Part shown: piece after piece, positions 30,033 to 39,608 of the stretch
How positions within the stretch are numbered: position 1 is the stretch's first letter
How the letters are laid out: every line of letters begins with the position of its first letter
NCBI GenBank assembly: GCA_021413845.1
Contig: JAIOPP010000095.1
Location: 5,993 to 69,992 of the forward strand
Direction: 5' to 3'
DNA from: Planctomycetia bacterium
GTDB lineage: Bacteria > Planctomycetota > Planctomycetia > Pirellulales > PNKZ01
DNA length: 64,000 nt
Program-made: the position numbers and the translations under genes
The notes under the pieces: generated by a model
What the model was told of the DNA's origin: nothing
Seen by the model: the letters and a program-made list of their open reading frames with translations, nothing else
Database searches by the model: none

Positions 30033-30557
30033 TCAAGAAGATGACGCAGCCTCCGCAGGAGCCTCGACAACCTGCCACGTCATCGACTTTGCAACAACTT
30101 CCACATTGAAGTCATCACCTACAAAGAGATAGTGCTTGAACTTATCGACGGGAACTCTTAGGTCGCTCAGCAGTTCGGAGTCATGCACGGTAAATGCGGA
30201 TGGCTGAGGGCAAAGGTCCGTTGCGTTCCATTGGTCTTGAAAACGCCTTGTTGCTCCCTTTAGGGCATTGTTTTCATCCGCAAAGTTTGGGACGAGGCTC
30301 CAGTCGTAGCCGTCGATTCTGGCACTGTCACTTGCCGAATTCTCGGGATACAGCTTTGCAAATTGAACTTGCTCCAAAACGACAGCGATCTGTTTGTATC
30401 GCCCATGCTGGGAACACAGCTTGGTGGTCTCACCAAGGAAACCAACGAACGTAACGTATCCGTGATTTACGCCGTCAATGTTCCGAGAGGCAAACCCCAA
30501 GGAGGGAGTCGAAGGACTAATCGACCAAGGAACGATAAGTGGGTGAAGTTGCGGCAT
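30033..30557 (-). CDS. putative immunity protein of the adjacent toxin tip
   Basis: The ATG at 30557 lies 1 nt after the toxin TGA (30561..30559); the track ORF starts at 30602. The product is 174 aa and net acidic, with no signal peptide. G+C is about 50% by hand count. Confidence 0.55.
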   Translation of the reverse strand: MPQLHPLIVPWSISPSTPSLGFASRNIDGVNHGYVTFVGFLGETTKLCSQHGRYKQIAVVLEQVQFAKLYPENSASDSARIDGYDWSLVPNFADENNALKGATRRFQDQWNATDLCPQPSAFTVHDSELLSDLRVPVDKFKHYLFVGDDFNVEVVAKSMTWQVVEAPAEAASSS

Positions 30558-30558
30558 A

Positions 30559-31524
30559 TCAGCGTCCAAATCCTGGAATTGAAATAATGTACGGTGAACC
30601 ATCTGGGCGGCTCATGATCCTCAGGTCGTTCATGCTCGGAGTAACCGGCACACGACCACCAGGAAGCGGCGAATCAATTATCAAATCTTCGCCAAGTCGC
30701 CGGAGATACTTCTGTTGTTGACGGGCCGAGAGAGAAGCCAGATCAACAATCGAAACTCTAGTAGGTTCAAGTCCGGCTTCCGCAAGGACTGCTCTCGTCC
30801 TTGTGTTCATTGACACCAACGCCCCGGTGTCGGGATGCCTAAATGCCGTCAGTGGCAAATCGTCGGGAGTAAGATCGCCCTTACGCAAATCGGCGACAAC
30901 ATCGGCGAGGCTACGACCACTTGTCTTGGGGAACGCATCATCGACGCTGAATGACGGCGACACTCGCCGTTGACCGAACAATACCGGCTCGCCAATTCCC
31001 TTGGCGGGAGCATTTGCTTGGGCGCACATATTATGCGCGAGAACGCGTAGCTCGCCAACGGCGTAGTTATGGAGGTCTTGGACTTGGAGATTGTAGACCT
31101 TCTCGACGACGGATCGCAGCGCGATCGCTTGGATCGGGACTTGTCGTCCGTCCATCAGGAGCACGACGTCGCCGAGGAGCATGTCGCCCGCGTCGACCCA
31201 GCGGCCCGGCAGTTGCGAATGCTCGGGCGTCGCGATCCGCACATGGTCGGGCCGCGGGCGGTCTTCGAGATCAAGGCCCGACACGACCCAATACGGATGG
31301 TGGTACGTCGATTCGATCGTTTGCTCGTCGATCGTGAGCGCGACGAAGTCGCCTACATGGTCGAACTCGTAAGTCTCCACGACCGGTCGCAAGACCCACT
31401 CCATCCGGGCAAGATCGAAGGCCCAGGCCAGATCGCCCACCGCGATAGGCATCAGCCTTGGGAAGATCCAGCGGCGCAAGGAGCCGGAAGAGGCGCGGCC
31501 GGCATCGTAGCAGGCACGTTCCAC
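30559..31524 (-). CDS. 5'-truncated (orphan) polymorphic-toxin module: C-terminal part of a Hint domain plus an unassigned C-terminal toxin domain
   Basis: Hint motifs are HHPYWV, GRWVDAGDMLLGDVVLL, KVYNLQVQDLHNYAV and VLAHN. The N-terminal Cys strand and all upstream delivery domains are missing. The first 24 codons are read out of an inverted-repeat arm. The likely usable ATG is at 31452. Confidence 0.7.
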   Translation of the reverse strand: MERACYDAGRASSGSLRRWIFPRLMPIAVGDLAWAFDLARMEWVLRPVVETYEFDHVGDFVALTIDEQTIESTYHHPYWVVSGLDLEDRPRPDHVRIATPEHSQLPGRWVDAGDMLLGDVVLLMDGRQVPIQAIALRSVVEKVYNLQVQDLHNYAVGELRVLAHNMCAQANAPAKGIGEPVLFGQRRVSPSFSVDDAFPKTSGRSLADVVADLRKGDLTPDDLPLTAFRHPDTGALVSMNTRTRAVLAEAGLEPTRVSIVDLASLSARQQQKYLRRLGEDLIIDSPLPGGRVPVTPSMNDLRIMSRPDGSPYIISIPGFGR

Positions 31525-31615
31525 GTGCCGTCCGCCACTTGCGTCGTTCGGGGAAGAAGCCGTGTGGGTTGTGAAAGGTCCTGCGTGGCTACGGCACGTG
31601 GAACGTGCCTGCTAC
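31507..31615. repeat. perfect 25-bp inverted repeat with 59-nt spacer
   Basis: GTAGCAGGCACGTTCCACGTGCCGT (31507..31531) is the exact reverse complement of ACGGCACGTGGAACGTGCCTGCTAC (31591..31615). I checked it base by base. Confidence 0.95.
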
Positions 31616-31733
31616 TTTAGAATCGGCTGCTTGGGCGACTGGATGACTTCGTAAACTCGGCCGGGTATACTGCCGGCTCTGCTTGCCGAGTTTCGAGCTC
31701 AACCTTCACGTTTCCTTGCCGACGGGGATCACG

Positions 31734-33041
31734 ATGCAGCCTGTTTCCGGTTCCGCTAGTTCCGCGCCGCTCGACATGGGGATCCGTGTTCGTTTGTCGC
31801 TGATGATGTTTCTGCAGTACTTCGTGTGGGGCGCGTGGTTCGTCACTCTCGGCGGCTACATCGGCGGCAACACCGATCAAGGGCGCGACCTCTTCGAGCC
31901 GGGCTTCACCGGAGTCGCCTACGGCACCGCGGCGATCGGCGGCATGATCGCGCCGTTCTTCGTCGGCATGATCGCCGACCGCTTCTTCTCTTCCGAGCGC
32001 ATGTTAGGGCTTCTGCATCTCGCCGGCGCCGGGCTGATGTACTACCTCTCGACCTTGACGAATCAGAACCTGATCTACTATGTGCTGATCGGCTACTTCA
32101 TTTGCTACATGCCGACGCTCGCGCTGACGAATTCTCTTTCGTTCCACCATCTCACCGATCCGGGTCGCCAGTTCCCGGGCATTCGCGTGCTCGGCACGAT
32201 CGGCTGGATTCTCGCCGGTCAGTTCGTCGGCAAGCATCTTAAGTTCGTCGGCCAAGAGTTGCAGTTCGTTTGGGATAGTACGCAAGGTACGACCGTCGAG
32301 GCTTCGACCATTCCGATGTTGCTGGCCGCATCGGGCCAAGCGCTGCTCGGCCTATACTGCTTCTCGCTGCCGCATACGCCTCCGCAGAACCGCGGCGCGA
32401 AGGTCACGATCGGCGACATTCTCGGCTTCGAGTCGCTCAAGCTGTTGCGTCGCCCGGCGTTTGCGGTGTTCGTGCTCGGCTCGTTCCTCGTCGCCATTCC
32501 GTTGCAGTTCTATTACAACTACACGAACTTCTTCTTGCACTCGATCGGCATGGAGAACCCTGCCGATAAGATGACTTGGGGGCAGATCTCCGAGTTTTTC
32601 TTCATGCTTCTGATCCCGTTCTTCTTCGCCCGTCTCGGGGTGAAGTATATGCTGCTCGTCGGCATGGCCTGTTGGGGAGCCCGCTACTATCTTTTCGCGA
32701 ACGGCAACGTCGACGCCAACATGTGGATGCTCTACGTGGGCATCTTGCTCCACGGCGTCTGCTACGACTTCTTCTTCGTGACCGGCCAGATGTATGTCGA
32801 CCGCGAGGCCGAGCCCCGTATCCGCGGAGCAGCGCAAGGCTTTATCGCCTTCGTCACGCTCGGGATCGGGAGCTTCATCGGTTCGATGCTGTCTTCGGTC
32901 GTCGAAAAGCGTGTCACGACCGGAGGCTCGATCGATTGGCACGCGTTCTGGCTCTATCCGGCCGCCGGAGCGATCGCCGTATTGGTGTTGTTCGCCATCG
33001 CGTTTCACGACAAGTCCGATAAGTCCGTGTCAGCTAAATAA
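31734..33041 (+). CDS. MFS transporter of the NupG/XapB nucleoside:H+ symporter family
   Basis: MGIRVRLSLMMFLQYFVWGAWFVTLGGYI aligns with the NupG N-terminus as I remember it. The product has about 12 hydrophobic segments. The start is either 31734 or 31776; the track start at 31683 is TTG. Confidence 0.65.
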   Translation: MQPVSGSASSAPLDMGIRVRLSLMMFLQYFVWGAWFVTLGGYIGGNTDQGRDLFEPGFTGVAYGTAAIGGMIAPFFVGMIADRFFSSERMLGLLHLAGAGLMYYLSTLTNQNLIYYVLIGYFICYMPTLALTNSLSFHHLTDPGRQFPGIRVLGTIGWILAGQFVGKHLKFVGQELQFVWDSTQGTTVEASTIPMLLAASGQALLGLYCFSLPHTPPQNRGAKVTIGDILGFESLKLLRRPAFAVFVLGSFLVAIPLQFYYNYTNFFLHSIGMENPADKMTWGQISEFFFMLLIPFFFARLGVKYMLLVGMACWGARYYLFANGNVDANMWMLYVGILLHGVCYDFFFVTGQMYVDREAEPRIRGAAQGFIAFVTLGIGSFIGSMLSSVVEKRVTTGGSIDWHAFWLYPAAGAIAVLVLFAIAFHDKSDKSVSAK

Positions 33042-33055
33042 GCGGAGGTTCACGC

Positions 33056-34003
33056 ATGGATCGCCGCTATGTATTCGAGGTTGCGCCGTTCGCCGCTTGC
33101 CACGCTTCGACGATCGTCGAGTGTGAGCCCGATAAGTATCTATGCGCTTGGTTCGCCGGCTCGCAAGAGGGTGCGCCGGACGTGCGCATCTGGATCGCGC
33201 GTTCCGAAGACGGCGTGAAGTGGACGCAACCGGATGTCGTCGCGGAAGAGCGCGGCGTGCCGTGTTGGAACCCGGTGTTGTTTCGCGAACGTAAATCGGG
33301 CGAGATCATTCTCTACTACAAGATCGGCACCGGCCCGCAAACGTGGTCGGGCTTCTTCCGCCGCAGTAAGGACGCCGGGCGCACCTGGGGCGACAGCTTC
33401 ATTATGCCGGCCGGCCTGCTCGGGCCGATCAAGAACAAGCCGATCCAGCTTGAAGACGGCACGGTCCTCTCGCCGACCTCCGTCGAGTCTTACAAGAACT
33501 GGGCCTGTTGGGTCGACCGCAGCATCGACGGCTGCCGGAGTTGGACGCGCCTCGGCCCGATCTACCATCCGAAGCAAGCGCACGGCATCATCCAACCGAC
33601 GATCCTCCGCCGGCGCGACGGCGCGCTGCTGATCTTGGCGCGAAGTCGGGCCGTCGGCCAAGTTTGTTCATCGCTCAGTCGCGACGGCGGCGCCACTTGG
33701 TCGCCGGCGGAAGCGATCGCCGATTTGCCGAATCCGAATTCCGGCATCGATGCCGTCACGCTCGCCGACGGCCGGCATGTGCTCGTCTACAACCCGTCGC
33801 ATATCGGGCGCACGCCGCTCGCGCTGGCCGTGAGCACGGACGACGGCGCGACTTGGAAGCAATCGCTCGTGCTCGAACAAGAGCCGGGCGAGTATTCGTA
33901 TCCGGCGATCATCCAAGCCGCCGACACGACGGTCCACATCACCTATACCTGGAACCGTACCAAAATTCGGCACGTCACGCTGCTGCCGAAAGAGCTGGGC
34001 TAA
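33056..34003 (+). CDS. BNR/Asp-box repeat sialidase-like glycosidase (no signal peptide)
   Basis: GGAGG lies upstream of the ATG. Asp-boxes are SEDGVKWT, SKDAGRTWG, SRDGGATWS and STDDGATWK. Confidence 0.7.
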   Translation: MDRRYVFEVAPFAACHASTIVECEPDKYLCAWFAGSQEGAPDVRIWIARSEDGVKWTQPDVVAEERGVPCWNPVLFRERKSGEIILYYKIGTGPQTWSGFFRRSKDAGRTWGDSFIMPAGLLGPIKNKPIQLEDGTVLSPTSVESYKNWACWVDRSIDGCRSWTRLGPIYHPKQAHGIIQPTILRRRDGALLILARSRAVGQVCSSLSRDGGATWSPAEAIADLPNPNSGIDAVTLADGRHVLVYNPSHIGRTPLALAVSTDDGATWKQSLVLEQEPGEYSYPAIIQAADTTVHITYTWNRTKIRHVTLLPKELG

Positions 34004-34226
34004 CGGTCGCCGCAGCGCTGCGTAGTCGGTGCAATCGCTACGGTCGGTCGCGGGCTTCGGGCGATGTGGATTACGTTCCGTTGCGGGTGCCGCTCGGCCC
34101 CTACCAGCCCGTTTCGCGAGGCTGTAAACTACCGCTTCTGCGCCGAGAGCCACGCCGCCCGCTTCGCTCATTCGGACAGCTCGAACGCTCCTTTCCATCG
34201 CCCACCAGCCAGCCTCGAAAGCGCCC

Positions 34227-37200
34227 GTGATCAAGACCTTTAAGAAGCTGCTCGTCGCCAATCGAAGCGAGATCGCCATCCGAGTGTTTCGCTCGGCCCA
34301 TGAGCTCGGCATCAAGACCGTAGCGATCTACTCGCACGAAGACCGTTTCGCGTTGCATCGCTTCAAAGCCGACGAAGCGTACCAGATCGGCAAGCCCGGC
34401 GAACCGATTCGTGCCTATCTCGACATCGACGGCATCATCGACATCGCCAAGGCGAACGACGTCGATGCGCTGCATCCCGGCTACGGTTTCCTCTCGGAGA
34501 ATCCCGACTTGGCGCGGGCTTGCGAAAAGGCCGGCATCACGTTCTGCGGCCCTTCGCCGGATATTCTCGATAAGCTCGGCGACAAGATCACGGCCCGAGC
34601 CATCGCGAAGAAGGCCGGCGTGCCGGTCCTCTCCGGGTCGAGCGAGCCGCTGAAGAACGCGACCGAAGCGGCGGCCCTGGCCGAAAAGCTCGTGTATCCC
34701 GTCCTCTTGAAAGCCGCCAAGGGGGGCGGCGGACGGGGCATGCGCGTCGTGCAGAAGCCGGAAGACTTGGCGAACTCGCTCGAACAAGCGCAGCGAGAAA
34801 GCTTGAATGCGTTCGGCTCGACCGACGTGTTTCTCGAGAAGTTCATTCAGCGTCCGCGGCACATCGAAGTGCAGCTGATGGGCGACAAGCACGGCCGACT
34901 CGTGCATCTTTACGAGCGCGATTGCTCGCTGCAGCGCCGACACCAGAAAGTGGTCGAGATTGCGCCGTCGATCAATCTCGACGCACAGTTGCGCAAAGAC
35001 ATCTGCGATGCGGCGCTCGCGGTCGGCCACTCGGTGAACTACCAGAGCGCGGGCACGGTCGAGTTTCTCGTCGATTCCGATACCGGGAAGTTCTACTTCA
35101 TCGAAGTGAACCCGCGGATTCAGGTCGAGCATACGTGCACGGAAGAAGTGACCGGCTTCGATCTGATTCGGAGCCAGATTCTCGTCGCACAAGGCCGAAC
35201 GCTCGCCGATCCGATGATCGGCCTCGGTTCGCAAGAGGCGATCCGCACGAACGGCTACGCAATTCAATGCCGCATCACGACGGAAGATCCGCTCAATAAA
35301 TTTCTTCCCGACTACGGCCGGCTCACGCACTATCGCTCGACCGGCGGACCTGGAGTGCGGCTCGATGCGGGGAGCGCGTTCTCGGGTGCCGTGGTCACTC
35401 CGTACTACGATTCGCTCTTGGTCAAGGTCATTACCTCGGGCCGCGAGTTCTCCGAGGCGGCAGGTCGGATGGAGCGCTGCTTGCAGGAGTTCCGCATTCG
35501 AGGCGTGAAGACGAACATTCCGTTCTTGATCAATCTCGTGACGCACGAGAAGTTCTTGGCCGGCAAATGCACGACCCGCTTCCTTGATGAAACGCCGGAG
35601 CTATTCACGTTTCAGGCACGCCAAGACCGTGCCTCGCGACTGTTCAACTACTTGGCAGAGACGATCGTCAACGGCAACCCGACGATCAAGGAAAAGCCGA
35701 AAGCGATCCGTCGCGAGCCGGCCCCGGTGCCGACGCTCGATCATAAACTTCCGCTGCCGAAGGGAACGCGCGATCTATTCTTGGAGCTGGGTGCTACGAA
35801 GTTTTCGCAATGGGTGCTCAAACAAGAACGGCTGCTGCTCACCGACACGACGATGCGCGACGCGCATCAATCGCTGCTCGCCACACGGCTGCGGACGTAT
35901 GACATGGTCCGGATCGCCGAGCACTATGCTCGCAACCATGCCGACTTGTTCTCGATCGAAATGTGGGGCGGGGCGACGTTCGACACGGCGATGCGCTACT
36001 TGCGCGAATGCCCGTGGCAGCGGCTCGCCGATCTCCGCGCGAAGGTGCCGAACATTTTGTTCCAGATGCTGCTCCGCGCCTCGAACGCGCTCGGCTACTC
36101 GAACTATCCCGACAATCTCGTGAAGGCGTTCGTGCATGAAAGCACGCAAGCGGGCATGGACGTGTTCCGCGTGTTCGACTCCCTAAACTGGGTGCCGAAC
36201 ATGAAGCTCGCGATGGATGCCGTGATCAAGAGCGGCGGCATTTGCGAAGCCGCGATCTGCTACAGCGGCGACATTCTCGACAAGAGCAAGACGAAATACG
36301 ATTTGAAGTATTACGTCGAACTCGCCAAAGAGCTTGAAAAGATGGGAGCGCACATGCTCGCCATTAAAGACATGGCCGGGCTCTGCAAGCCGTATGCGAC
36401 GGAACTGCTCGTCAAAACGCTCAAGCAAGAGATCGGCATTCCGATTCATTTCCATACGCACGACACCAGCGGCGTGCAAGCCGCCGCGATCATCAAGGGC
36501 TCCGAGCAAAATCTCGATATCGCCGATGCCGCCTTCGCACCGCTCTCCGGTCTCACTTCGCAGCCGAACTTAAACTCCGTCGTCGAATCGCTGCGATTCA
36601 CGAAGCGCGATACGAAACTCGACCCTGACCAACTGCAAGCGACGGCCGAATATTGGGAAGCGGTCCGCGAGTTCTACTCGCCGTTCGAGAGCACGATGAA
36701 GGCGAGCACCGCCGATGTGTATCACAACGAGATGCCGGGGGGGCAATACACGAACCTCTACGAACAAGCGCAAGCGGTCGGGCTCGGGCATCGCTGGCAT
36801 GAGATCACGCGGATGTATGCCGACGTGAATCAAATGCTCGGCGATATCGTGAAGGTCACGCCGTCGTCGAAGGCGGTCGGCGATATGGCACTGTTTATGA
36901 TCGCCAACAACCTGACGGAAGCCGATGTGCTGGATGAACGGCGTGATCTCTCGTTCCCTGAATCGGTGATCGACCTACTCTCGGGCAAGATGGGTCAGCC
37001 GCCGGGTGGGTTTCCGAAGGCGATTCAGAAGCGGATCCTGCGCGGCGAGAAGCCGCTGAAGGGTCGCCCCGGTGCGAACCTTCCTCCGGCCGATCTTGAA
37101 GCGGCCGCGAAGGAACTCGAGAAGAAGACCGGTCGGCCGGCCTCGAAGCGCGATGTCGTGTCGTATCTGATCTTCCCGCGCGTCTATAGCGACTTCATCG

Positions 37201-37673
37201 CGCAACAAGAACTCAACGGCGACTTGAGCGTGCTCCCGACGCCGATCTTCTTCTACGGCCCGCAGCCGGGCGAAGAGACGACGTTCGAGCTCGAGCAGGG
37301 GAAGACGTTGATTCTGAAGTTGATGACGGTCGGCGATCCGCAAGTCGACGGCTATCGCAACGTCTTCTTCGAGCTCAACGGCCAGCCGCGCGAAGCGAGC
37401 GTGCGCGATAAGTCGCAAAAGGCTGCGGTCGAACATCGACCGAAGGCCGATCCGAACAACCCGCAACAGGTCGGCGCGCCGATGCCGGGCATGGTCGTCA
37501 ACGTCGCGGTGAAAGCCGGCGAGCAGGTCGCCAAGGGGGCGAAGCTGTTGTCGCTCGAAGCGATGAAGATGGAGACGACCCTTTATGCCGAGCGCGACGG
37601 CAAGATCGCGCAAGTCGCGGTCCAAGCAGGCAGTTCGGTGGATGCCGGCGATTTGGTCGTGCGGTGGGAGTAG
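34227..37673 (+). CDS. pyc: pyruvate carboxylase
   Basis: 1148 aa with a GTG start. It has the biotin-carboxylase N-terminus LLVANRSEIAIRVFR, the carboxyltransferase motif HFHTHDTSG, and the biotinylation site EAMKMET. Confidence 0.95.
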   Translation: MIKTFKKLLVANRSEIAIRVFRSAHELGIKTVAIYSHEDRFALHRFKADEAYQIGKPGEPIRAYLDIDGIIDIAKANDVDALHPGYGFLSENPDLARACEKAGITFCGPSPDILDKLGDKITARAIAKKAGVPVLSGSSEPLKNATEAAALAEKLVYPVLLKAAKGGGGRGMRVVQKPEDLANSLEQAQRESLNAFGSTDVFLEKFIQRPRHIEVQLMGDKHGRLVHLYERDCSLQRRHQKVVEIAPSINLDAQLRKDICDAALAVGHSVNYQSAGTVEFLVDSDTGKFYFIEVNPRIQVEHTCTEEVTGFDLIRSQILVAQGRTLADPMIGLGSQEAIRTNGYAIQCRITTEDPLNKFLPDYGRLTHYRSTGGPGVRLDAGSAFSGAVVTPYYDSLLVKVITSGREFSEAAGRMERCLQEFRIRGVKTNIPFLINLVTHEKFLAGKCTTRFLDETPELFTFQARQDRASRLFNYLAETIVNGNPTIKEKPKAIRREPAPVPTLDHKLPLPKGTRDLFLELGATKFSQWVLKQERLLLTDTTMRDAHQSLLATRLRTYDMVRIAEHYARNHADLFSIEMWGGATFDTAMRYLRECPWQRLADLRAKVPNILFQMLLRASNALGYSNYPDNLVKAFVHESTQAGMDVFRVFDSLNWVPNMKLAMDAVIKSGGICEAAICYSGDILDKSKTKYDLKYYVELAKELEKMGAHMLAIKDMAGLCKPYATELLVKTLKQEIGIPIHFHTHDTSGVQAAAIIKGSEQNLDIADAAFAPLSGLTSQPNLNSVVESLRFTKRDTKLDPDQLQATAEYWEAVREFYSPFESTMKASTADVYHNEMPGGQYTNLYEQAQAVGLGHRWHEITRMYADVNQMLGDIVKVTPSSKAVGDMALFMIANNLTEADVLDERRDLSFPESVIDLLSGKMGQPPGGFPKAIQKRILRGEKPLKGRPGANLPPADLEAAAKELEKKTGRPASKRDVVSYLIFPRVYSDFIAQQELNGDLSVLPTPIFFYGPQPGEETTFELEQGKTLILKLMTVGDPQVDGYRNVFFELNGQPREASVRDKSQKAAVEHRPKADPNNPQQVGAPMPGMVVNVAVKAGEQVAKGAKLLSLEAMKMETTLYAERDGKIAQVAVQAGSSVDAGDLVVRWE

Positions 37674-37685
37674 TGCTGTTTGCGG

Positions 37686-39281
37686 CTACGATGCGACGGC
37701 GGAGCCCGCGGCCGGCGCCTTCTCGATACGGGTGAGCGTGAGCAAGTAGAGCGCCCCGCAGAGCCCTGCGAAGATCAAATTACGGGCGATCATCAACGTG
37801 CGCGGGAGTTCCGTCGTCAGGGCTCCCGAGGCGCCGTCGTTATCGCCGATGACGATCAACGTCCAAGGGGCGGAATGCTCGTGCGTGTACGGAAAGATAA
37901 CCATGTGGTCTAAGTAGTGATACGGATAAAGATAGCCTGTCATCGCGCAGGCCGCGACGGCGAGCACGATCGTCGCGATGTAGCCGCGCCGCGAGAATCG
38001 TTCGGCGGCACCCAGCAGCAGCATCGGCATCGCCCAGAGGAGATACTGCACGGAAAAGACCTTCGCGAGCAGCGTGGCGAACGGAATGACGACGCAGGCC
38101 ATGCGATACGACGCCGTCCGATCGTAGGTCTCGCCGATCGTCGGCGAGAGCAGCGAGCGCAAGCCGAGGGCGGCGAGCGCCACGAGCAACGTCCAGGTCG
38201 ACGCGACCAACATCGGCTGCTCCAGCTTTCCGCCGAGGTTCCACGAACCGTAGTCGAAATAGCAGAAGAGCTCGCTTGCCGGTTCGAGAAGCATCATCAA
38301 CGTGGCGTACGACGATTCGATCTGCACGCCGCGCACGGAGTGGAACTTGAACATCCGCCACAAGTCGTCGCCGGCGATCACGTAGTAGTACGCGAAGGGG
38401 GCCGCGGCCGTGACGACGAGCACCGCCGGACCGACGAGCAAGCTCCAGCGGCGCGGCGGTCGCAGCAGCGCGTAGAAGTCGCACAACAGAGCGAACGGCA
38501 CGAGTAAGACCGGAATGAGCTTGAAGCTGATGCCGATTCCGAGCGCCGCGTAGGCAGCCGCCGACCAGGCGACCGTCTTCGGTCCTCCTTCGCCGGCCCG
38601 CAGCTGACAATACGCCCAAGCGAGCAAAGCGAACGTGAGCGCGACGTCGAGCCGCTCGAACATAACGTAGCCGAGGAAGGCCGTGGTAAGCGTGTAGCCC
38701 CACATGCCCCAATATAAAAACTCCGGCCGCCGGCGCTGCAAGATCGCGCAGAACAGCGCAAAGCCCGCCACATCGAAGAGGAGCATCCAGATGCGAAAGT
38801 GATCGGCATAGTGCCGATAGTGTTCCTCTTTCAACTTAAGATATTCGACCCATTTCATCTCCTCGACGGTCAACACTTTGCCCTTGGAGTCGACCATGCG
38901 CATGCCTTCGACGTCCATCCCGTCGGCATTGATCGGCAGACGCCAGGAGGAAAGCTCGCGAGGCAGGCTGATGACCCAATACGCGACCGGTGGGTACTCG
39001 AAGTTTTGGATGTCGCGATAGTAGCGCGGGGCAACTCCCTTTTGGAAGTAAGGGGGGAGCCCGAAGTCGACCCCTTGAACGACGTAGTCGAAGTAGACGC
39101 CGATATCGGAAGTGCCGGCACCGAAGATCAAGCCGAAGTAAATGCGCGTGGCGACGAATGCCAGCAGCGCAGCGAGGAGCGGGCGATTGCTCAGCCAACC
39201 GTGGGCGCTGGTTCGCGACGGCGCAGCTTTCCCTGCGGCATCCGGCAGCGGCGTAGCGGAACGGGCGATATCGTGAGGCAT
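37686..39281 (-). CDS. polytopic membrane protein, GT-C-type glycosyltransferase-like (DUF2029-like)
   Basis: Track ORF 37686..39437; I use the ATG at 39281. The product has many hydrophobic helices. The family call is only by general resemblance. Confidence 0.5.
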   Translation of the reverse strand: MPHDIARSATPLPDAAGKAAPSRTSAHGWLSNRPLLAALLAFVATRIYFGLIFGAGTSDIGVYFDYVVQGVDFGLPPYFQKGVAPRYYRDIQNFEYPPVAYWVISLPRELSSWRLPINADGMDVEGMRMVDSKGKVLTVEEMKWVEYLKLKEEHYRHYADHFRIWMLLFDVAGFALFCAILQRRRPEFLYWGMWGYTLTTAFLGYVMFERLDVALTFALLAWAYCQLRAGEGGPKTVAWSAAAYAALGIGISFKLIPVLLVPFALLCDFYALLRPPRRWSLLVGPAVLVVTAAAPFAYYYVIAGDDLWRMFKFHSVRGVQIESSYATLMMLLEPASELFCYFDYGSWNLGGKLEQPMLVASTWTLLVALAALGLRSLLSPTIGETYDRTASYRMACVVIPFATLLAKVFSVQYLLWAMPMLLLGAAERFSRRGYIATIVLAVAACAMTGYLYPYHYLDHMVIFPYTHEHSAPWTLIVIGDNDGASGALTTELPRTLMIARNLIFAGLCGALYLLTLTRIEKAPAAGSAVAS

Positions 39282-39608
39282 GGCGAACTGGGCGGGAAAT
39301 CTTACGGATAACGTCGCAAGAATCGAAACGCGTGGTCGTTTGCTAACAAAACCGGAACACAGATTACCCCTTTCGGCGTGCGAGCCCAAGACGCAAGTCG
39401 GTTTCGACGGCGAAAAATCCCCCTTCCGACGTCGCACAGGCCTCGCTACGATACGCCCCCGCCGCCAGGCCGGCAGCGAGCCGCCGCGGCCTTTTTACGC
39501 TGCTCAAGACGCTTTGAATCGATTCTCGGTGATCGCGCCCAGGCCCGATGGTCGATTTAAGCCGTAGGGAGTCGGTCCGCATAATCTCAATGCATGGAGG
39601 CAGAGAGC

